Positions 42,598 to 64,000 of a DNA stretch of 64,000 nt are shown piece by piece. A model generated the notes under the pieces. That model saw only the letters and a list, made by a program, of their open reading frames with translations. It searched no databases and was not told the origin of the DNA. The stretch spans positions 12,780,655 to 12,844,654 of the forward strand of contig NC_134033.1 of assembly GCF_964204645.1 (NCBI RefSeq), read 5' to 3'. Each line of letters opens with the position of its first letter. The first letter of the stretch is position 1. Position numbers and translations under genes: made by a program. The stretch comes from Tubulanus polymorphus. Its lineage: Eukaryota > Animalia > Nemertea.

Positions 42598-43622
42598 ATC
42601 TTGTCTCTGAAGTTTAGGATATATCATAAGCTAAACTCCTAACATTATCATTTTCTCATTAATAATAAATCTCACTTCTAACAAAGGCTGAAAAAGACCT
42701 CATGTGTCGTAGTAACGTTCGTAAGTCCTGTGTTTCTCTATAAATCCGGCCAATTATTGCTTAAAACATGAACCCGGCGCGGGCCCGCGGGGCTGACTGT
42801 AAATAGCCAAATGAACGATGACAATCACAGTTTGAGTGGTTTATACCCCCCATCGCCATCCATCAACAACAATCAATTCATTTCATTATTAATAAATAGG
42901 TTTATGCAGTGAAGTTGACGTGTATCTAATGCACAACGAATGTCAACGAGTGTTTGATTAATCTCAGCACAGGCACACAGCACAGTCTACCTGTATCCAG
43001 TTCTCAGCATTCTTAACCGATCACGGAATCTAAACTTTCCCCAAATATTTACCCGGTTTCCCCTAAACCCTCCCCCCCCGACCCTTGACTGAAAAAATCC
43101 TCGGCTTGAATTATAAGATATCCTCTGACCTCAGCAGAGGGCTGTCTCTTATCGAGAGGTTCATGTGTCACTGCATCACCAGCAAGAACAACAAGACACC
43201 AAAAATTCAAATTCCCTGGATTCATCATAAGATAGTGAGGGCTGTTTCTTATCTTATCCTTGCGTGTCACTCGTCACCAGCAAGAACAACATGACACCAA
43301 AAACTCACATTCCCTGATTAAACTATAAGATATCCACAATGGGGGCTGTTTCTTAATCGAGAGGTTCCTTGAGTCACTCATCACTGGCAAGAAAGAACCA
43401 GACACCAAAAATTCAAATTCCCTGATTAAATTATAAGATATCCACAGCGGGGGGGAGGGCTGGGGGAGGGCTGTTTCTTAAACGAGAGGTTCCTTGTGTC
43501 ACTCATCACTGGCAATAAAGAACCAGACGCCAAAAATTCAAATTTGGACTAGGGCCTATAAATAGTAGAACTCACAAAAATGTGAATGAAGCGAGTTGCA
43601 CCGTAGTTCTATTGGTCTACTG

Positions 43623-43932
43623 GATCCAGTTCTACAGTTGTGAGTTATGATTTAACTCTGAGTTAACTCATTGAAAATGAACTGATTCTAACTCAGAGTT
43701 AACTGTAACTCAGGGTCCAGTTTCACAGTTCGGAGTTAAGATTTGACCCTGAGTTAACTCATTGAAAATGAACTAATTTTAACTCAGAGTTAACTGTAAC
43801 TCAGGACCCAGTTCCACAGTTGTGAGTTAGAGTTAACTCTGAGTTAAAATTAGTTCATTTTCAACGTTTTAACTCAGGGTCAAATCTTAACTCACGACTG
43901 TGGAACTGGACCCAGAACTGTGGAACTGGGTC
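43623..43932. mobile_element. triple nested MITE family A cluster
   Basis: Outer CTG duplication (43620-22 / 43933-35); inner inverted copy 43805-43912 flanked by CAG/CAG. Confidence 0.8.
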
Positions 43933-44394
43933 CTGGTTATAGCACGTTGGCTTTCTACGCACGAGACCCGGGTTCGAGACCAGGGTTCGATCCCCGGTTC
44001 AGCGCGTGTTACTAACTCCAATCAGCGATTCCAGCCGTTCTGTTCCCCTGCTCTTTTTGTCGTAAAGAAAATCATAAACAACACAAAATCTCAGTCAGGT
44101 ATTTAGCGTTTATATACAATCGCGACGACGTTAAGCCATTATTTGTGATGAATTAATGTCATTATCCGAGGCAGCTTTACTTATTGATGAAACCATGTTA
44201 CTATACAATACACCAGTCAATAATGCGTGTAACGACTGTATGGATTTATCGATGTTGCTGCTTTTCAAGTCGATAAATTGACGATCAAATCATCTCTGGC
44301 ATCGGGCGGCGACATTATCGTTTACCTAATTCACCGTAGTCACGTCAATCGGCTATTAGTCCCGCGGTAAAATCACGGTCCAGCCCTAGAGATC

Positions 44395-44790
44395 AGTCAT
44401 TCCTGGACGTGTAACGAGTTTTCAAGGAGTTTTAAAAGGTGAAAATTTCAGATTTCGAGGAAGCGTCTGCATCACTTTCCATATTCCAATTACAGTAGAG
44501 ACTCCTAAATCGGTACCGTTTATCTCGGTAAACCACTAATTTGGTGGTTTTGTAAGCATATTTATCCTTCACACTAACTAAACTCTGTTTCTAATACGGT
44601 AACCGCCAATGGGTAGAAATCAATTTAGGCGTAGGTTTTTGTAAAACTACTAACATTTCTAATTGCCTATTTTTCAAGATTTAAGGATTTTTAAAGGAGT
44701 TTTGTGCATTTTGCTCGAAATTACAGGAGTTTCAAGCACCTTTCCATTATGAAGGAGTTTTTAAGAAATCAAGGAGTTGTAGGGACCCTG
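44395..44790. mobile_element. ~400-bp interspersed repeat
   Basis: Similar blocks (CTCCTAAATCGGTA...CATTTCTAATTGCCTA...AAGGAGTTT...AGGGACCCTG) at about 17150-17550, 27890-28270 and 60010-60167. Confidence 0.65.
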
Positions 44791-47700
44791 TATACATGTA
44801 AGAACACTTATTTCAATGCCGATATCTAAAATTCGAGAAATAAATCGAGAAAAAAAAATAACTTACGACGCTGAGAAAATACTCCGAGGTCTCCATATAG
44901 GCTATATCCGGTACGCGTGGATAGGAGGAGAGATGAGGAAGGTTTGATCAAACGAAATCATTTTCATCATCACTTTCATCATATCCGTCGCGCGATAACA
45001 TCGAAACGAGATGATGACAATGTTTTCGATCAATATTGTAAAATGTGCTCCACCCATTCAGTGAACTATACCGGGTACAGCACCACGACGTTGTCGTCGG
45101 CTGCTGCTGCTGCTCGGTGAATAATAGAACCACGCGATAAATACCGAAACCTTCTCCATTCGAAATATAACACGACGACGTTTCCGAACCGATGATAAAG
45201 TCGATAAAGAGTAAATAACTCGGCAGCGACGACGAGCGGTGGCCGTCGGTTTCTACGGCGATACCGGTTTACGTTCAACAAAGCTAAATGTCTCGAAATA
45301 GGCCTATAGTTGCGCAGTATATCACAGTCATGACTAAGATTTAAGACCAGTCTTAGACCATCTTGAGCCCGCCACCCAGTTCTAACGTCAAACTAAAACT
45401 TAAGACTAGTCATAAGACCGCTTTTGGCGGCACAGTATTCCTCCAATTAGGCCTAAAAGTATTTTGGGGCTGCCGTGATTTCGAAGTTATGGCTTAGGTT
45501 ACAGTTATAGACCTATAGCTAATCTAACGCATCAAGACTAGTCTTAGGCATAAATTGTTTCGCATTAGCTTGTTCAAACAGTCTGGTAAGTCTTATAATC
45601 AATATCAACTCAATTAACCAGCATAGACAACCTCATGACACAATTCGAGCACTTCCGAATACAACTTAAAATACCACGACCTTTTTAAAATTTTTCCAGC
45701 GGAGTTAAAATAAATCAATAGCAGACCTAGCCTAAATATGCCAAACAAGTGACATCTTGTAGCCTAACCAAAACCAGATACAATCTGAAATACCGAGTTA
45801 GTACAACTCAATCAACCTGGATTTGTGTGCAGGTGATAATTAGAGTTGGACAATGGAATTTTCAAATTCACATTCGGTTACAACAGATGACAGAGACAGG
45901 TGATAATTTGACAAGTCTATAGTCGTCATTGGAGAGGAAACCGTTAGCAGCAAACAGAGTCACATAGGCCTAGTTTACAGTACAACTTCAGTTGATACAA
46001 TATGGTATCATTATCTATTGTTTTCAAACGAGGCCCACAAAGGTCTCCGACATATTTCTACTTGGTAACCTGTCGGTGGTTTAGTTTCACGATCGGACAT
46101 TTCTGCAAACCACAAACCAGCCTAAGTGCATATAAAAAGCTTGTCTCCAATGATTAGGTAACTAGGCTAACTACTGTGCGTTGTGCTATCCAAGAATTTG
46201 CCTACTGACTCGAAACATAGAGAAAAACCTTATGAATTTAAAAAAATTTTTAGGAATCAGTTTGATATTTTTCATTTTCCCATAAAATTCGAGGGCAACT
46301 TAACACTTAAGTTGGATCCGCCCCTGGGAGTAATATCGACGTGGCTTTGACAGAGAAGTAATTCAATATTTAGCCTAACTGATCAGTCAGTTGTGTACTC
46401 AAGACGACAACCGTTTTAGAAAGAATCGACAAACATTAATTTCATTTTCAAACAGCTGATTAAATAATACATAAGCACGTTTTATTTCATGTTTAATTAA
46501 TCGGAAATTGAACGGAGAGGTTCGGTAATTTAGTCCTCGGGGAAATCTCACTGAAAAATTAGTCAAGACCTAATGGAAAAATTTAAACATCAATAGGCCG
46601 AATCATTGATGGAACGGGTCTGTAGTGCAGTGTAAGATAACCTGGATCCAAAGCGGGATAGCTTCATAAATTGGTAGGCCTAAACTGGGGGTAATTCTCC
46701 GTTCATTTTGAAGCCCAAAATAATTTTTAATGAATGATGAATTGATAAAAAGACACGGTTTTTTTGTAAAATATTAGAAAGAGAAGAAAGTATTAGCGTT
46801 AGAAATAACAGAATCGGAATGTATTAAGCCTACCATAGGGCCTAGTAGCCTCTGTGTAAAGCCACTTTTTAGTCACTAGTACTAGTAGTGCCAGTGGATC
46901 GGATTTGAAAATAAATTTTGTTTGATGTATTGTAATCAAACCTACCTTCTAAATATACAATCTTACTGGCTTTGTTTGTTGAAATATTCGCTCGATTTTT
47001 AAGCAAAACGATGGATCTAGTTTTCTTTATCCTTCATTCAAAACTCTGGTGTATTCGATCCGGTTCAAGTTTAAAAACCTGCACGACGACTAATGGATTT
47101 ATGACATTTCACACTGTTCAATAAAAAGCTGATTGAATTTAACCGTCAAGTGCTGCCTCTATACTTATCGTTTACGGTGAATAGGTGAACTAACTTAGTA
47201 CTCGCATGCCACGGTATGATCATTGCTCTGTTGAAATAGTTCACATGTTCACCGCTAATGTCTTGTATAGGGGCAGCACCTGACAGTCAAGATCTGAAAC
47301 CGAACGGGCGCTTGCACTATTCACTGGACTCCGTTACCCTTCATCCCACACAGATATTCGATATTCTTTATCACCATTCCTGCTTTTATGATTCTCTAGG
47401 CTTCGGATGTGTCCCCTGAGACTTGATCAAAATAACCTTATTAACAACATCAGAAATACGAACATATACATTGCCTCTGATGAAAGATCCAACTCTGAGT
47501 GAGCCCTTCAAGTCAAATACTCCAACTATCCAAAGGTATACTGGATTTTGGGTATTGTACTTACCTTGCCTTAAAGTGGCGGCCACTCATATGTAATTTA
47601 GTCATATTTGTTGCAAAAATCAACATAACTCATTTATCCACAAAGGACTCGTCAGGTACCGTACCCGGAATTAGGTACATTTCGATAAATTTGCTTTACG

Positions 47701-50695
47701 CTCTCTGTCCACAATCCATGAAATAGAAAAATAAACAGCCGTAAGAAGTTTTATTGAAGAAACATTTTATTTTTATACAATTTCATTCGATTAGCATTAC
47801 ACAATAATAATAATAATATTCATCAAGACTCTGCCATTGTTATTGATAATGCTAAAAACATTCATTATAATGACTCAATTTATTATCGATATCAATTCTG
47901 TATAAGTTACATTCATTCTTCGGATAACAATGAATTCTTGGACACATCTATAAACACACGCACTACTGCTGCTGCTGCTGCTGCCGCTGCTGGTGCCGAT
48001 ACGGTTTTAAAAAGCGATTAAGCAGTGCTCTATGATCTCGATTTAAAAACAACACAGGTCGGGTCTACAGAATGTGAGCATACCATTTAGAAAAAAATAC
48101 AGAAGCAATTCGCATGATATTTCATATCATGAATTAAGCGAAATGTGATGCGACTAAGATTTGAAATTTTTTCATCCGCGTCGTAAACTAACGCACCAAA
48201 ATAACGTCAGACCCAGTACCTAGTTAATGACTACTGATCCACGAAGTCCCAGATCTATGAAGCCTCCAATATGTTCCCAAGCCCAATTTTAGCCCCTTGC
48301 CAATCTGAACAACTTATGGCCAGACTAACAGTTGACTTAACAGTAGGTCATATATGAGGTGAATACCAGCAGTTGGATTATGCATGGATGTGAAGTTCAG
48401 AGGTTTTTTGAAATTGGTAAATTCTTTTGGCACATTTAGCACTGACGATAAAAACCTTTCTTTAATGAAATCCGTCTTATTCTTCCACAGGACCCAGTTC
48501 CAAATTCTGAATTTTAGTTTTTAACTCACAGGGTTGAAATTCGTTCGTTTTCATAAATTCAACCCAAGAGTCTTATTCAAACTCATAACTCTGGATATTA
48601 GTATCATCCAGTTGAATCTCCGGGGCTAGTTTTAAGAGAACCAAGGTCAGCTTTAAACTTAGTAATAAATTCAACTATCAATCACCAAATAGATTCAACC
48701 TAAAACCCGGGGTTAACTCGACCGACTGACTGCGAACGTGCGGGCCGTTTCGCTGGACCGCATTCAACTTCAATCATAGCAAATTCAACTGTTAATCAAA
48801 CGTAAGGTTAAAGTTAAAACTACTATCGTAAAATAAGCGCTAAAGCAACGAGTATTCGCGGAAGGGTCAAAATTTTTCGCAAATACTGTGCTAATCAAGA
48901 GTCAAACTCGCTTAAAACGTACCTTAAAATCAGAAAAAATCGATACATAAAATCTCATTATTATATATACCTTACTATACATGTAAAATAAAACCTATAA
49001 AAAACCAACATTCAACTAAAAAAAAAATGTCCAAGAAATCAATCTCGTTATTTTCGACGCACATTCGCAGCAAGCATATCATATTAGCCGATATCATAGT
49101 AAAATGCACACACCACGACGAAACATTTTCTTCAAAACGCGTCAAAAACACGAATCGGATCATTCGCATTCGATAGTCTGATATATGCATTAGTTACCGC
49201 CAGACAACACGCAGCACAGTTGAGTTTAAAAGAGTTTTTTACAATTATTACACATCCTTACAGTACGAAGCTAAGAGAATATGTTTAGAACTAGTGCACA
49301 CGAAGAGGACAGAAGCAATCGAGGTGAAATCTTACGAATCTAATACTGAGACCACATAACTGAAGTGTCAGCTAGAATTATAAACAGCATCGGGCCGCAT
49401 GAGGACCTATGAACCTCAGTAAAAAGACGTCAACTAAGATGGTTTGGACACGTTACAAGACTATAGATCTAGTACATAGTATTTGTATTCAAGAGGGGGG
49501 GCGGGAGGAAGGGATACGCCTCAGTATCTGCCTTCAGTCGCGTATTAGATACAAATGTTGTCATCGCAAGAATTCGAATTCGAATCAAACGGAAAACGTT
49601 ATAAAAACGATATAAGAATCTCTTCAACACGCAACCGACATTAACACAGCACGTAAATGTCGTTTTAGCAAATTAGAGTATCTTAGAAAAATGGCTAGGG
49701 GCCACTAGCACAGTCGAGACTTCGATTTGAAACCAGCTTAAGCCCATTTCGGTGCCATTGCATATCTTAATCTACTTTTGGATATATCCTGATCAACTTA
49801 AGACCTTTAGGCCAATCTTACAACAGTCCAAAGGCAATCTTCATTTAAATGGCCGATATAACAACTTCTAACTTCTTCAACAAGTCCAAGCCTATTCTAT
49901 TCTGGATTTTTGTCATATCTCAAAAACTCTTTTTTCATTAGACAAATATTGAATCGGGGTCGATCGACTATATACTGACAAAGTTTTCAAAACATAACTC
50001 ATAATTGCGCCGTAAAATCTTCACTGGTTATGTCTTTGGTATATATTGGCTTGCCTAGAACGTGTACAAGGGGAAGATATATCTTGGCCTAATGCGTTTA
50101 GGGATAGAGTTAAGCATGAAAACTTTGCCTTCGCATTGTGCAAACATTCTAAACATTCATAATTGTTTATCTAAACGGACAACGAATATACGATACCCAA
50201 TTTACATCTTAATCATATACATTATATTTATAAATTATATATCGGCTTTTGTTTTCTAAATCAATTACTCTATCAATTAATTATAATAATCATTACCATC
50301 ATCATCATCATCATCATCATAATCGTTATAGTTACATTTAAAAAATTATACTGGAAATATTGCATATTAACTTAAAAAACGATTTCCTTTTTCTTTATCG
50401 TCGTAAGACAACGTAAGATTCGTCATTTCGGAACTGCTGACTCGTAATCTGTTCACGGCTAAAATTCATCCGACGTTCGCTCGAAACAGTTCTTATTCGA
50501 CACATTTAATGCAATCAATCTCAAGTTCGTCGCACGCCCGTGAAAATGACCTAAAAAGCACCACTTTTTCCGATAATTCGTTTCGTATCGTATTTATAGA
50601 AACATCTTAAATACATAGTATAGTAATATTGAAGAAGAGTTTTCGTGATTTTATACGGATATTCGTTCGCGATTTTCGTTCCGCGACGCCGGTAA

Positions 50696-62707
<12,012 letters not shown>

Positions 62708-63935
62708 CTTCAAAAAAAAAAGAAGAAACATAAAACGTGAATTAGATTCATCGTTAGGCCTACCGCATACAGGGGGAGAATGAGAATCAGTTTCAGGTCA
62801 GATTTTATATCAAAATAAGTTCATTTTCAAATAGTCCAGGCTGAAGTAACAAACTAACCCAGGGCCCATACAGTTGCACAGTCAAGACTTAACTCCAAAA
62901 TTGGTCTTAAATCTAGTCGCTAAGTTGAAAGATTGACTGGTCTTGAGTCTAAACTGTGACTGTGCAAATGGATAGACACTGGGGCCAGTTGCATAGTCGC
63001 AGTTTAGACTTAAGACCAGTCTAGGGCCAACTTAGGATAACTGACGTCCAAAAATAGTCTCGAATCTTAAGACTAAGTTTCAATTTTTAAGATTTGTTAG
63101 ACTAAGTTGGTCTACGACTGGTCTCAAATTGAAGCCATCACCGCGTAACTGAGCCTACTACTAGAACCGTCGAATCTGGAACTGTTCCCATTGCGAGTAA
63201 AACAAATCATTTTTCAGATAAACAGTCGAGTCGAAACCTATAAATCTGGAGCGAAGTGACAGAGCTGTCAGCGGTTTTCAGAATTGACCAATGCTTATTG
63301 AACCGTATGATATCGAACGGTATGAGAGAGGCGGCAACTATCGTCTGACATTTTTGTAAAACTATCCCGAGATGGCACCATCATTCAACTGACCTTGTCA
63401 TCGTCCTTATACGGCATCGTCCTTGACCTAGTATCCGGGGACAGCTGAACGATGCTGCGACCTAGATTTAGACCAATCCAGCACCAGAACAAATACTCGG
63501 CCCGGTGGCCTTTCCTGACTTCGACGAATGCACAAAATCCACGGATGAAAAAATATCACTCGCGAGTATGATTCGATTAAACTCGTTCTCCGTATAGTAA
63601 TTGTTTCTAGGCAACAGTTTCGCGATGGCGTATACGATTAGCACAGCTCGGATAAAACGAAGATACCAGTAATAATCCCGCTGCAGTTACTGCTGCTGCT
63701 GCTGCAGCCGAAACAGCTTCTAAACTGATCATCAGCCAAATCAACATCGCTCGCCAGTGCCTGCTCCGTCTGTCCGACAGACTTCGCTATAATGTAATTA
63801 GTCGGCTATGCTAATGAGTAGTAATAGAAAGATACGTATATATTTCCGTTAATAAGACCAAAACCCGCTATATGCAAATTCGAAAGGTCAAAAAACGAAA
63901 TTCATTCTTCAAGAATCAAAGTCAGAAATTAAAAG

Positions 63936-63977
63936 ACACGAAATTTTGGACTCTCTCTCAGGACCATCGTCAGGTGT
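63936..63977 (-). ncRNA. degenerate minimal hammerhead motif
   Basis: ACAC-CUGACGA-U-[imperfect stem II]-AAAA-UU-UC-GUGU; the GAAA box reads AAAA, so probably inactive. Confidence 0.4.
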
Positions 63978-64000
63978 AGTCAGATGGTCTGATAGTCAGT

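Noticed and set aside
44860-47750. Possible gene between PNPLA4 and the PAK 3' end
   Set aside because: Only short ORFs without homology cues; isolated donor-like sites may be non-coding 5' exons of PNPLA4 but cannot be supported from sequence alone.

Overview
AT-rich, intron-containing animal (invertebrate-type) genomic DNA, not prokaryotic. Reading splice sites by hand gives eight protein-coding genes. In order: a partial TNF-family ligand running off the left edge (-), a complete TNF-family type II ligand (-), CCDC160 (-), mitochondrial methionyl-tRNA synthetase MARS2 (+), an S28-family serine peptidase (PRSS16-like, -), MED4 (+), PNPLA4-like patatin lipase (-), and the 3' part of a group I PAK kinase (-). 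There are also two identical tRNA-Leu(AAG) genes. Introns and intergenic DNA carry several non-autonomous MITE families (piggyBac-like with TTAA target duplications, PIF/Harbinger-like with CWG duplications, often nested), minisatellites and foldbacks. Most notable: (i) a hidden array of 16-20 nt microexons in the PAK linker, three being paralogous 18-mers encoding G-S-[TS]-G-[ST]-[TA], near a cluster of UGCAUG motifs; (ii) two inverted copies of one minisatellite bracketing five PAK exons (circRNA/dsRNA geometry); (iii) three minimal type I hammerhead ribozyme motifs of the Penelope-associated kind; (iv) tandem TNF ligands where the second has no evident transmembrane first exon. All gene models are manual and unverified by transcripts.
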